The position numbers and the translations under genes were made by a program. DNA of 64,000 nucleotides from Laetmonice hystrix (taxonomy: Eukaryota), in assembly GCA_965235115.1 (NCBI GenBank), contig OZ249448.1, positions 23,994,001 through 24,058,000 of the forward strand, given 5' to 3'. A model generated the notes under the pieces. It was not told where the DNA came from. It did not search any database and saw only the letters and a program-made list of their open reading frames with translations. This document shows positions 14,016-25,734 of this stretch, piece by piece (position 1 is the first letter of the stretch; each line of letters begins with the position of its first letter).

Positions 14016-15689
14016 CTGGAGGATGTGCAGATCCATACATCATGACTGCAAACAGAAATGGAAATGGTGGAAACCGTCGACCTATATTCACAACATTGGA
14101 GATGTGTAAAAGTGCATGCAAAAGTGATAGTGGATGTTATGGTCTTGATTACGACACCAGAGCCAACACTGGGTGTTACTTCTTCACTAACTCCAATTAT
14201 AATATGGAAACAACTTACCAGCCTACCATTAACCACTACAGAAAGAAGGCAGCGTGTGGTGGACCTGGGGGGACAGGTGAGCCAAAGATTAAAAAAAAGT
14301 GGCAAAATTGATAGTGTGTGTCTTTGCCTGTGTATGGATGAAACAGGAAAATCTGTTTCGGTTATTTATTGATTGGGAATTTCAGAAAGGCCAAACTTAA
14401 AAACAGTTTCTACCAGTAAAGTCTTTATTTGTAGCATCAGCGGCCAAATACAAAGTATACTCATAGCATCAACCCTTTTGTTTCTAGGTGGACAATGTAC
14501 AGACCCATACATAATTACTACCAACAGGAATGGAAATGGTGGAAACCGTCGACCTATATTCACAACATTGGAGATGTGTAAAAGTGCATGCAAAAGTGAT
14601 AGTGCATGCGTTGGTTTTGATTACGATACCAAAGCCAACACTGGGTGTTACTTTTTCACTAACTTCAACTATAATATGGGAACAACCTACCAGGATACGA
14701 TTAACCACTACAGAAAGAAGGCAGCGTGTGGTGGACCTGGGGGGACAGGTGAGCCAAAGATAAAAAAAATGGCAAAAAAGATATTGTAGCTCTTTGCCTG
14801 GCTCTAGATGAAACATGAAAAATTGTTTTAGTTGTTTATTGATTGGGAAATTTCATAAAGGTCAGACAGAAAAACAGATGCTACCAATAAAGTCTTTATT
14901 TGTAGCATCAGGGGCCAAATACAAAGATTAATTATAGCATCAACTCTTTTGTTTTTAGCTGGTGAATGCACAGATCCGTACATAATGACACCCAACAGAA
15001 ATGGAAATGGTGGAAACCGTCGACCTATATTCACAACATTGGAAATGTGTAAAAGTGCATGCAGAACTGATAGTGCATGTTATGGTATTGATTACGACAC
15101 CAGGGCCAACACTGGGTGTTACTTCTTCACTAACTTCAACTATAATATGGGAACAACCTACCAGGATACGATTAACCACTACAGAAAGAAGGCAGCGTGT
15201 GGTGGACCTGGGGGGACAGGTGAGCCAAAGATAAAAAAATGGCAAAAAAGATATTGTAGCTCTTTGCCTGGCTCTAGATGAAACATGAAAAATTGTTTTA
15301 GTTGTTTATTGATTGGGAAATTTCATAAAGGTCAGACAGAAAAACAGATGCTACCAATAAAGTCTTTATTTGTAGCATCAGGGGCCAAATACAAAGATTA
15401 ATTATAGCATCAACTCTTTTGTTTCTAGCTGGAGAATGCACAGATCCATACATAATGACTGCCAACAGAAATGGAAATGGTGGAAACCGTCGACCTATAT
15501 TCACAACATTGGAAATGTGTAAAAGTGCATGCAGAACTGATAGTGCATGTTATGGTATTGATTACGACACCAGGGCCAACACTGGGTGTTACTTCTACAC
15601 TAACTCCAACTATAATATGGGAACAACTTACCAGGATACGATTAACCACTACAGAAAGAAGGCAGCGTGTGGTGGACCTGGGGGGACAG
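14016..15689 (+). CDS. PAN/Apple-domain exon array, block III: 4 exons at about 471-bp spacing
   Basis: Exons 14016-14276, 14488-14748, 14959-15219, 15429-15689 (261 nt each), with ag acceptors and ACA G|gtgagc donors. Confidence 0.88.
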
Positions 15690-16941
15690 GTGAGCCAGGG
15701 GAGCCCTTGTTCTCAGAACTATCCATCAGGGGGCACTGCATAAGTACTCAGCTGAAAAATTTAGTGGCATGCATGCACTGTTTGTGGTCTAACATGTCAT
15801 GTTAGGCAGTCCTACTTAGGATTTATGAGCCCTTTGATTATATGGAAATGTGGCCGAGGAACTTTTGCAGAAAAGTTGGAAATAAGGGAATTGAGCGTGG
15901 GTTGTTGGAAGATAGACGGGTCAGAAGACAGGCCCATACCTAAGCTAAATCATACAATCTCAATATGATTTCCACCAACCGAAGGACTGCATGCCGGGTA
16001 AAATCGTGTAGAGAGATGTTTATCTTTTGATCAACATGACATCTGATGGATTGATTTTAGGGTCAAGGGCAAGTTGTCTTTTAACATGTAGTGGAAGAAA
16101 CAGTATATCTGGAAATAGATAAATTATTAATCGGTTAAATGGCTTATCATCACTAGATAGACAAATTTCTTCTTCCGTCTTTGTTAGTGCAGGTAAAGTC
16201 GAGGAAATGATAATGCACGGGTTTTCTGTATATCGAGGAAATATGAGTGTTGATTGGTTTTTGTTTTTGGTATTTATTTTGTCATGAATATGTACATTTA
16301 TGTTCCATATAATTATTTCATTACATGCATGTCATTAATACTTGTTAAACCTGTTAATGTCTACGCCTTTTAATGGAGAGAGCCTCAGGGACTGAGAAAA
16401 TTTGTATACTGTGTATCCTAGAGCAAAGTGATGTCATTGTTGGAAATGTGTAACATTTGTACGATCTCTGTTAATTTCAGCCCGGGATGCAGCCTGTTAC
16501 AGTTTACATCCAACCACCTAGCTCCTGGATTGCAATATATGATATTGGGGTTTTTTTATTGTTGTGAAATAGCGATACTTCCTTTTTATTAACTTAAACT
16601 TTCAGCATAATGGTCTGCTAAATGACTTTTTAGAAATTGGTTACCAACAGCAACATGTGCCGTTTTCGCTGTTGTTCGGGTAAGGTATAAGTTTTCATAT
16701 ACGATATCTCATCGATAACGTCTGGAAATGTAGTTTGTCGCAAACTCATCCTAATATTAAAAACACATAATAGTCATTACTATGATTACTTCTCGGTGAT
16801 ATAGAGTTAGTATACAATTTTATTAGAAACAGAGCCAACCCTGTAGTGTTTTATACAAACTCTCAAACATAGCGTCGGCCAGAGACTTAATTTTTTGTTA
16901 TGCCATGATGTGTACTAAATCATCCAATTTTCACCAATCAG

Positions 16942-17205
16942 TTGGGTGCGTTGAGAGCTTCAACACGATCGAGAACCGGCATGCTTTTAATGGAATCCGG
17001 GTAGCGGCGGACACCTTCGAATTATGCCAGCAGCTCTGTCGAACGGGCACAGGTCCTCAGTTCTGCTACGCGCTCGACTTTAACACCATTGAAAGGGAAT
17101 GCTTCCATCACCGACAAGCGGACTTCATAGTTGACCCCAAGACAACTCCTGGGATTCGCCACTCCATCAAAGTTCTTTGCCCGTCGACGACAACCACGGC
17201 TCCTG
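16942..17205 (+). CDS. Divergent PAN/Apple exon
   Basis: atcag acceptor and CCT G|gtttgt donor, 264 nt. Encodes GCVESFNTIENRHAFNG...ELCQQLCRTGTGPQFCYALDFN...ECFHH...VLCPSTTTTAP. Confidence 0.82.
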
Positions 17206-17368
17206 GTTTGTGTCCTTTTATTCACTTCCTCCCCCCGTGTTAGTTCATTTTTCAGATGCAGTCAAGGACCCAAGGACACCACCCTGTCGCCAAAGTAGCA
17301 GCTGGCGTAGCTGCACGTTGAATACTGAACGCAGCTCACGCTTTGCTATTGTGTTGAATTTCCTACAG

Positions 17369-17626
17369 GTGAATGCCGAAGGAGGTACAATTGGAACCCC
17401 AATTATCATGTTAACGGTGGGCTTGAACAGTTTGTCACCATAACAAAACAAGAGGAGTGCCAATCGCGGTGTGATAACAGACCTCTGGGTCTTAAGTGTT
17501 ACGGATATGATTTCGATAGGATAAACCTGAAGTGTTACCTCTTCCATAATAGTGTACTTGGCACTATGGAACGCCTCAATGGTGTTGACCACTATCGCTT
17601 ACAAGCATGCGTCGCAAGACTGCAAG
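17369..17626 (+). CDS. Divergent PAN/Apple exon (absent from the ORF track)
   Basis: tcctacag acceptor and CAA G|gttaga donor, 258 nt. Encodes GECRRRYNWNPNYHVNGG...EECQSRCDNRPLGLKCYGYDFDRINLKCYLFH...GVDHYRLQACVARLQ. Confidence 0.85.
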
Positions 17627-17897
17627 GTTAGAGCCTGTGATCAGTAAACCTTTATTTTAAAATCCCTATAAGATCCGGGGGTTCTCTGCTATCCCTTCAA
17701 CCTTAGTCTCACTTATTACGAGGAGGACATAGAAGTATTAGCACGTAATTAAATAAATGCGCTCATGCCTTTTGAAATGTAGTTTTCCCTCGCATGAGCA
17801 GCCTAGTGATTCACATTACATATAAAGTGGAATATTGAATGTGAACGTTCTAGTACTGCTAACAAGAGTTTATCAGACCGTTATTGCCCTTTACCAG

Positions 17898-18133
17898 CAG
17901 GTGTATGTGGTGACACGTTTAGGCTTGTCGCCAATAGAAACGGTTTGAATGGTCAGGCCGTAAATGCCACCACGCCCAACGAATGCCATCAGTCGTGTGT
18001 AAAGGACAGCAGAAGATGTACTGGCTTTGACTGGATCCCTGAGGGCAACACAATGTCATGTTATTTGTTGTTCTCGAAGGAAACAAATCCGAGCAGCTCA
18101 CGCGTCGACCATTACGAAAGGGACTGCTCTTAA
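17898..18133 (+). CDS. PAN/Apple exon ending in a stop codon (terminal exon)
   Basis: NAGNAG acceptor (ccag cag; exon start 17898 or 17901). Encodes GVCGDTFRLVANRNGLNG...NECHQSCVKDSRRCTGFDW...SCYLLF...VDHYERDCS followed by TAA. No GT donor lies between the last Cys and the stop. Confidence 0.8.
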
Positions 18134-18647
18134 GCCGTTTTCTTAACACAAGCCTCTGCTCACCACCCTTATGTGACAGAATATGTTGACATTGAAAGTA
18201 CCAGTCCATCATGATGTATCTGCATCAAAGCATGGTTCACCAGGATTTTCAGCAGGTGCATGTGGGAAATTAGTAGCCCATTCCACCAATATATGCAGGG
18301 AACTGGTCAACCCATACCTGTCGACTTACTGTTGAAACCGTAGAGAAAGGGGAGTGGAAAAGGGGGTTGTTCAAACCTTGCCATGCGCGGGTTTATTTCT
18401 GTGTCGATGGCACAGAAATGGGTATGTATGGAGTGTGGAGAGACCGTGGTCAATGGGCGGATCTTTTATCTTGACCATTTTAAACCTGGAGACGTTTATG
18501 GTGTCTCACGGATAGTATATATTCAAGATGAAAAGACAGGATGTGAACAGATGTAAGGGGACCGTTGACATTTAAGCTGCTAGACGCGTATGTGAAAATG
18601 AATGTATTGAGAGAGAGCAAGATGTTGAGATTCCCGTCCAAGTTCAG

Positions 18648-18831
18648 ATAGTGTGTATTATAGACACGTGCGACCACACAGTGTGTATTATAGACAGGTG
18701 CGGCCACACAGTGTGTATTATAGACAGGTGCGACCACACAGTGTGTATTATAGACAGGTGCGGCCACACAGTGTGTATTATAGACAGGTGCGGCCACACA
18801 GTGTGTATTATAGACAGGTGCGACCACACAG
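18648..18831. repeat. 30-bp minisatellite, about 6 copies
   Basis: Tandem unit cacagtgtgtattatagacaggtgcggcca. It explains the repetitive ORFs at 18480-18884. Confidence 0.95.
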
Positions 18832-20598
18832 ACATACGATTGTCGCATTACCTAGTGGTTTATTTTAATAATAATACAAACTAAAGTTACTGATGTACAC
18901 CTTGTAGATTAAACTAAAGCTTTAAAATACAGGATGAATGTAACAACCATTAAATTAACTTTAGCTGGTGGTATCGCCGTATTAAGGTGTCTGCCTGCTT
19001 CTGCGTTCCAGCTATGTGGACGTAATATTACCAGATCAACCTGTCAGTCCGGCAGTTGGTCTGACATTGTTAACTAACTTAAAATCCGCAAGAGACCATA
19101 GAAATGGCTGGAGAATCGAGAATTATGGTGAGCCCAGCGTGAGTTTGGAAACCGTCGTTGTTCGCTGTCGGACTGTCCTGTCCCGCAGTCAGTGGCGTTG
19201 CTATAGAAACACTTTCAGTTGGGCTCCACCACATCCATACATGTCTTAGGGGCGGACCATTTGATACGGGGGGGCTGTGTTTTTTCATCATGAGAAAACT
19301 TTTTTTCCCCATTTCGACTATACCATATATTTTTTTTTACATAGGGAACCAACTATTTTTTTTATGTAGTTTGATGAACAAACTATTTTTTCCTGTATTT
19401 GGTGAACAGATAATTTTTTTTTCAGAAAAAAGCATAGATCGCTACCGTGTTAATAGAGTTGTTGAGAATATCAAAGTGGGTCCTCCTCATACTCCCCAAA
19501 CTTAGGTTAGGGATTCAGCCTAATTATTCAATTTTCTCGACAGTGGTATTCCAGACTTGACTATGAAACTGATCTACATAGTGGGATCGCAGTTTCTATA
19601 GCCCGTCGTTTTAACTTCTCCTAAGTTTCATAGGATATGAATTGTTTAGCGTCATTACAATTCGCGCTAAATTATTTCACCTGTGCAAATTACCGAAGTG
19701 TGTTATCTGGTAATGGGAAACATAGGAACACTGAATTTACAATTTATGATCTTTATTACGCTGGAAACTAGAAATAAAACCATTTGTAATAAATGTTGTG
19801 TCGTTGAAACCGATCCTTGTTTCAAGAGTTCATGAGAAAAGTTTACTTTTGGGGGATAACCCCAAAGGGGATATTGCCCAGTTTTTGAGCAACCCGATGA
19901 ATTATGGATTAGGATATTCTCGATTGGCCTGGTTCAACCAAAAATGGTTGTAAAAGAAGCAAGTTTGACGCCGATTAGACTGATAACGGATTAAGATGTC
20001 ATGGTCCAATGGACTCGAGCCATTCGGTTCAGACAGCGAGAGCAGTTGGCCTAGAGTTTGGTGTGACGTGATTGGTTGCATGGTGCAAGGACCGTTGATG
20101 TGATTGGTTGTCTTGGTGATGGATTACAATGGGACAGACGCGCCTTGTGGAGATGTTTTGGAATCTCATGAACTCGGTCAGTACAGTAGCATAGAGTAAT
20201 ATAGTTAGCCCTCCCCCCTCCCACCCCTTAGTCTATACAGTTCGATTTCTGTCGTATACTATGTTGACATAGTTTTTCTTCTGTAATTTGTTCTGCATTG
20301 AAGTCTTTTGCATGGCATTGCCCCCATTTTAAAAGAATTACACGTGTCACGTGACACATTGCCTGTCTAGCACTGGGCAATTGTATTTTGTCTTCATCGT
20401 GGCTAAGGTTAGGCCCACAGGATAGCGGATGAGTCTACATCTACAGTTTGGAAGGGCAGTGCCGAGAGGTGTTGGTAACATTGTTTTATGTATGGTTTCT
20501 GTTCTGAGCCCTTGGTCTGAACACTTGGTACTTTATTACTGCGGGCTGTATGCTGCTATAGTACCTCGTAGAACCCCTTCCTCCCGTCCCTCAATCAC

Positions 20599-21040
20599 CA
20601 GGGTTCGTAGCGGTCCTAGAAACCCTGGAAATCATGGCATTTGATAACCCATTTTCCATGAAAGTCATGGAAGTTTGCATCAGGTCATGGAAAGTCATGG
20701 AATTTGAAATTTGGGGGAAATCATTGCCTGTTTGGGAAAATGAAAAATAGGGACCCCAATTCTGGTTGCAGATTTGTTCATAAATAATTAATATAATGAC
20801 AAAGAATCTCAATGTCTTCTACCCTATCAGAGCCGTAGATAGAGAGCAAAGCGACCCCAAGTGAGTAGGGTGGGAACTACCCCCTTAGCGACTCTAGCGG
20901 TTATGCACTGCATAGCATCCACACTGGCTTATTCCCACCAAAACTTATAGCACAGCTAGTCCTGGAAAAAGATGACCAGGTCCTGGAAAAAGTCCTGGAA
21001 AGTCCTGGAGTTTTATTGTCATGAGAAGCTACGAACCCTG
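20599..21040. mobile_element. Non-autonomous DNA element (hAT-like MITE)
   Basis: 13-bp perfect terminal inverted repeats CAGGGTTCGTAGC...GCTACGAACCCTG, with subterminal short repeats (catggaaa, cctggaaa). No target-site duplication was found. Confidence 0.6.
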
Positions 21041-21423
21041 ACCGCTAGCGGGCCTTTTGTTGTAGGATGTCGTGTATTGTGTCAGCACTTGATACCCGTA
21101 AAATAACGAGTGACGTTTCCCCGACCTTCAGTCTGTTCTGACGATAGAGAACTCGCAATGGTAGAGCTGGCATACCACAGGCAATCTTTCGTCTCCCATC
21201 CTGACGACCCCATTCTATTCTAGCCATCTACCTTCGCTCTTCTCGGATTCCCCATCTGGTGTAGACATCGGTTTAGATGGTTCTGAATTCGTTTCTTGGT
21301 GCGAGTTTCCACAAAATCGACACACCCGCCTATGGCTTTAAAGTTAAATTTCTTTGTGCTGCTTACCAGATTGACTCAGTTTCCAAATTGCATCAGTTAG
21401 TGTATCATGCTTTATTTCTGCAG

Positions 21424-21441
21424 CGTCAAGTCCACAACCAG
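21424..21441 (+). CDS. 18-nt linker micro-exon (ASSPQP)
   Basis: tttatttctgcag|cgtcaagtccacaaccag|gtaggt; phase 1-1, open, Ser/Pro linker. Confidence 0.55.
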
Positions 21442-23075
21442 GTAGGTAATACATAGGTTGATATGATAGGATTTACCAGTTTCATGTAAGTGTATTCACA
21501 GACAATGAAGCGGGCCTGGACTAATCATCACTTTACTCCTAGGTAATAAGGATGGTATCGGCATCTTCTTTTGGTAATAAACGTAGCTGTACACAGATAT
21601 AAGTACCGCTAAGCATGTCGACTTTGTTCAAAACAGTTACACTTTGTGAAATGGAGAGTAGGGTTAAGTCTACAGTAGTGGGGTGTCTTGGAATGTCTTG
21701 TTGCTAATGGTAACGTGAACAAAAGGAAAGAGAGGAGATATTTATATATATCCTTGATGACCTGCTCAATCTGCTCGTCCGACTGGTAGATTGTTGGTGT
21801 TACGTTCAAGGAGTCATGTTCAGTCAGAAATCCGAACTTATATGTGACCAGAAAACATCTTCCAAGTTATTGCGGCAAATGTGCATTATTGATATTCTTT
21901 ATCCAAAACGTATTTCGGCAATATTTGGTTTATCGGTTAGGAACTCAGACATCCATCTCCTCATTTTTTGTCTGGCAAGCTCAGTATCAATCAAAAGTTT
22001 TATTATACAATTGTTACCGTAAGGGGGAGGGGGTTCCCTGTTCATGATTCGTAAACGGAACTTCGACCTACTACGTGTCATCTTGCGTTGAAAAGGTACC
22101 TTCCAGCATGGGCAATATGCATGTTTTTGATGGCAAATGTAGTTTTGAGTGTGATGGTCGATGCATTATGACAACAATGCCATACACATTAAGCATGTAT
22201 GAAGAACTTTGACTGTCATACGTGTTTTGAAGTTCCATAATACCATACAATTGGATTTTAAGGAACCTTGACTTCTTTGGCAACAAGAACAGCTAAGGAT
22301 TTCTAACAGTTGTTTTCCAGGATCAAGATATCTGTCAATGCGGAATTTATCGCCTTATAATGATATTGTCTGTTTTGCTTGTATAAACATCAGGAATGCC
22401 GTATTACTGGATTTTATTTTGTAATTCTATACACCAAAAATTGGGTCAAGTAGACCGTTTTCATTTGTATCGGTGGGTATGATTGTTTAAACTGTTGATC
22501 GTTGTCTTGGTAACATCCGACAACTTTGGGGCGGGGGGGGGGGGGTAAGGCATGTTGTAATAGGTGTGTAGATTTAAAAGGAGACGATCAAGATGGAATC
22601 AGAATTTAAGAATATACGATTAGCCCGTGCGTTTATTAATTTAGGACACGTTTCAGTTGTTCAGATTTTCTCGCTTACGGTTAAGTATACACAAAATCCT
22701 GGCGTTGTACTAGATTCGAGTGTTCATTTGTTTGATTCCTTAAAGGTAAAATATAGGAATGTGTAACCTTAAAGGCAAAATGTGAAGCGCCACCTAGTGA
22801 GTCGCGTTGGTACCACGGGGGAAATGTGAATATTCAAAGCGCCGCGTAGTGAGCTTTAACAGAAAAATGGTTGGCTTATTTATGCAGTCAACTACTTTGA
22901 TGTGGAAATCAGTAGTATTTTTTAAACCATGAGCCAAACTCTGTGCCAGAACCTGTCTACTCCAATGAATGCTATAGTTAAGACCCGTGGTTGACCTTAA
23001 AACACTAGAGACCTCAATATGGTAAAACCGTGAACGGCGGCCACATATTGACACTTGTCGGTTTGGTTTATGCAG

Positions 23076-23309
23076 CATGTCGGGACAACTACCGCCCGGT
23101 GAGGGACAAACTACGGCTAGGAGGTGTCGCCTACCCTCAGGGAGATCCATCCCCGGCTGCCTGCGAGAACGCCTGTAATGAAGTGAACGATTGCTACGGC
23201 TTCGACTACGACAGAGGGAGACGTGAATGTTTCCGCCATCTTGAGGCTTACGATGACTCGGAGCTACAGGACGGTTCCGGGGTGGATAACTATCGAAGGC
23301 TACGTGTCT
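23076..23309 (+). CDS. PAN/Apple exon
   Basis: tgcag acceptor and T|gtacgt donor, 234 nt. Encodes ACRDNY...AACENACNEVNDCYGFDYD...ECFRH...GVDNYRRLRV. The last Cys codon is split across the intron. Confidence 0.8.
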
Positions 23310-23578
23310 GTACGTGAACCAAACAATTTTTTTGAGAGGGGGGGGAGGAGGTATCCATGACAGCTATCGTAGAACTAGAGATATCCCTTGTGCTTACCTG
23401 TACCAGGGCTATACGGTACTCCATTATGATGGTAGTGCTGCCTGATTATAACTCTTTCGTTAAAGTGGAAGATAATGTTACTCGTTGGAAATGGTCTATA
23501 AATCATTAGTATATTATATAAAGTATATTATATAAAGTGTCTAAATTTGATTCCTGATTTGTTTCTATACTGTGACAG

Positions 23579-23599
23579 GTGACGTGTCAACACCATCAT
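23579..23599 (+). CDS. 21-nt micro-exon completing the terminal Cys of the preceding PAN domain (CDVSTPS)
   Basis: tgtgacag|gtgacgtgtcaacaccatcat|gtaagt; the upstream T plus GT gives TGT (Cys). Confidence 0.7.
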
Positions 23600-23805
23600 G
23601 TAAGTATACCCAACCATTCACTTACCGGCAAATGTACTTAGCATGCGAAGTTCTCATTATAAAACCTACTGCGTGTGCTGCAGTTCACCAAAAGAAATAG
23701 TTACCTTGAATAAGTTGTACTATTACAATTATAATGTTCATGGTGTAATAAATGAGGACTTTGTGGGCCAAGAAAATGCTTGACATATGTCTATGTGTGT
23801 TTCAG

Positions 23806-24033
23806 CCACGGGCTGCACAATATCGAAGGGCGCCGACGGTTTTTCTATTGGAGGGACGATCCGGGATACCATTAATACTGAGGCCGAGTGTGCCCGAAGT
23901 TGTCTGGCTGATGTCAACTGCATTGCCGTAGACTTCAACTATGCTGCACGTGGGTGCTACCACCACACGCAGGACGTAGTTCAAGATGTCCAGCCCAATT
24001 CCTGCTGTGCAAGATATGAGAAAACGTGCCCAG
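23806..24033 (+). CDS. PAN/Apple exon
   Basis: tttcag acceptor and CCA G|gtagac donor, 228 nt. Encodes TGCTISKGADGFSIGG...AECARSCLADVNCIAVDFN...GCYHH...SCCARYEKTCP. Confidence 0.82.
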
Positions 24034-24444
24034 GTAGACACTTGGTTTACATAACGTGAAACCCTGAAGTCTACCGGACCATGCAGATCGTGGTATATGA
24101 CATGTAGCAGGGACTAGGTGTCGGGAGAAGTCCAGTTGTAACGTCCTTCATTTGAAATATTCACGAGTTTTTTTTAGTAAGATACAGCTGAGTGTAAGTT
24201 TGGGGGAGGGGTCATAATTATCGGCAGGAATTAGGGACTACAGATTTAAACTCAGTACAGTTGACAAGTCATTGGGTACCTCGAGATATTGATGTTAGTA
24301 ATCCATACTGTAAGTAATCCATAGTTTTTAACGAAACTGTTTGGTATGTATACATGTCAGCCACCTTTACCAGAGCTGTTACTTATCTTTGCTGTACATA
24401 GTTAGCGGTACATAAAGGACTAAGACTGAAGAGTTTGTTTTCAG

Positions 24445-24666
24445 GGTGTGTCCCAAGATTCGTGAGACGAGAAGGGAGAAACGCGCAAGGCGGAGTGGAA
24501 CAGCCGGGTGTGGTCACCTTGGAAGGATGCAGAGCTTCCTGTATCAGTGCCGATTGTTTCATGTTTGACTACGATTCTGCCTTCAACGGTTGCTTCCTGC
24601 ACTCTCAGAACAGGACGTTGAACCCGGTGCAGGGTGTCGATAACTTTCTCTACATAACATGTAATG
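24445..24666 (+). CDS. PAN/Apple exon
   Basis: tttcag acceptor and AAT G|gtaggt donor, 222 nt. Encodes GCVPRFVRREGRNAQGG...EGCRASCISADCFMFDYD...GCFLH...GVDNFLYITCN. Confidence 0.82.
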
Positions 24667-24881
24667 GTAGGTTGAGATCCGAACTTTTCAGGTCAGTCGG
24701 GGTAATCTGGTTCAGACACATTTATTCCGATATGTTTATATAATTATAATTATACAATCTATAGTATGCTATGATATTGATATTAAATGAAGAGAACTTT
24801 TTCATAAAAAACTGGATTCTAATTGCCCAGAAAGATTTCTTAAAATTCTGAATGTTTATCAATGTTCGGTTTGTGTTGCAG

Positions 24882-24923
24882 TTAAGAAAACGACTCCAGG
24901 CAAGACAACAGTCCGAACGACGA
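24882..24923 (+). CDS. 42-nt Thr-rich linker exon (VKKTTPGKTTVRTT)
   Basis: gttgcag acceptor and A|gtgagt donor, phase 1-1. Confidence 0.7.
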
Positions 24924-24930
24924 GTGAGTT

Positions 24931-25520
24931 CTTTAGTGCAGAGTTTCCAGTGTGTCACTGTATTTAGTGCAGAGTTTACAGTGTGTCACTGTATTTAGTG
25001 CAGAGTTTACAGTGTGTCACTGTATTTAGTGCAGAGTTTCCAGTGTGTCACTGTATTTAGTACAGAGTTTCCAGTGTGTCACTGTATTTAGCGCAGAGTT
25101 TCCAGTGTGTCACTGTATTTAGTGCAGAGTTTCCAGTGTGTCACTATTTAGTGCAGAATTTCCAGTGTGTCACTGTATTTAGCGCAGAGTTTCCAGTGTG
25201 TCACTGTATTTAGTGCAGAGTTTCCAGTGTGTCACTATTTAGTGCAGAATTTCCAGTGTGTCACTGTATTTAGCGCAGAGTTTCCAGTATGTCACTGTAT
25301 TTAGTGCAGAGTTTACAGTGTGTTACTGTATTTAGTGCAGAGTTTCCAGTGTGTCACTGTATTTAGCGCAGAGTTTCCAGTGTGTTACTGTATTTAGTGC
25401 AGAGTTTACAGTGTGTCACTGTATTTAGTGCAGAGTTTACAGTGTGTCACTGTATTTAGTGCAGAGTTTACAGTGTGTCACTGTATTTAGTGCAGAGTTT
25501 CCAGTGTGTCACTGTATTAG
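24931..25520. repeat. 31-bp intronic minisatellite, about 19 copies
   Basis: Tandem unit tttagtgcagagtttccagtgtgtcactgta, starting just after the 24923 donor. Confidence 0.95.
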
Positions 25521-25734
25521 GTCTAAGCCCAGGAGCCTCGTCCGTTTGGGGCCAAGCGTGAATACGGCATAGATACTGAAATCGGATTCATATATTGACA
25601 ACTATGTATCGATTAAAAACGTCAACTCCTCAACGTTAAAACTAATTCCTAACCCGACACGTGACCAGAATCCAATATACCTTCCCATTGCAGTCCTTTT
25701 GACGTGTATTCACAGATAAACTGGTTTGTTACAG

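Noticed and set aside
306-15689. CRISPR-like or satellite interpretation of the 0.5-0.7 kb periodic repeats
   Set aside because: The repeats are spliceable coding exons plus introns; there are no short direct repeats with unique spacers and no cas genes.
519-15743. Recurrent antisense and alternate-frame ORFs (MASVKKKHPP, MEMVETVDL, MYKFSKVY, MVNGRLVS)
   Set aside because: They are shadows of the repeated exons and introns and recur only because the DNA is duplicated.
281-15805. Each PAN ORF as a separate small gene (ORF-track starts MTKVY, MFLA, MTAN)
   Set aside because: The starts lie in intron sequence or mid-domain, none has a signal peptide, and every domain is bracketed by phase-1 AG/GT sites.
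16640-16680. Possible first exon ATG TGC CGT...TCG G|gtaagg for a separate downstream gene
   Set aside because: It encodes MCRFRCCS, which is not a signal peptide, and there is no other support.
18480-18884. Repetitive ORFs with CIIDRC/VAAPVYNTH units
   Set aside because: Translations of the 30-bp minisatellite.
19133-19156. Possible first exon MAGESRIM|gtgagc for the PAN-VWA part
   Set aside because: It ends in phase 0, and I found no matching phase 0-1 hydrophobic exon downstream.
19826-20175. 12-bp inverted repeat gagttcatgaga / tctcatgaactc
   Set aside because: No target duplication or subterminal structure; a match of this length and spacing is expected by chance in 64 kb.
22060-22260. 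Cys-containing stretch (KCSFECDGRC, ACMKNFDC) resembling a decayed PAN exon
   Set aside because: No usable splice sites, stops in the relevant frames, and the spacing does not fit the six-Cys pattern.
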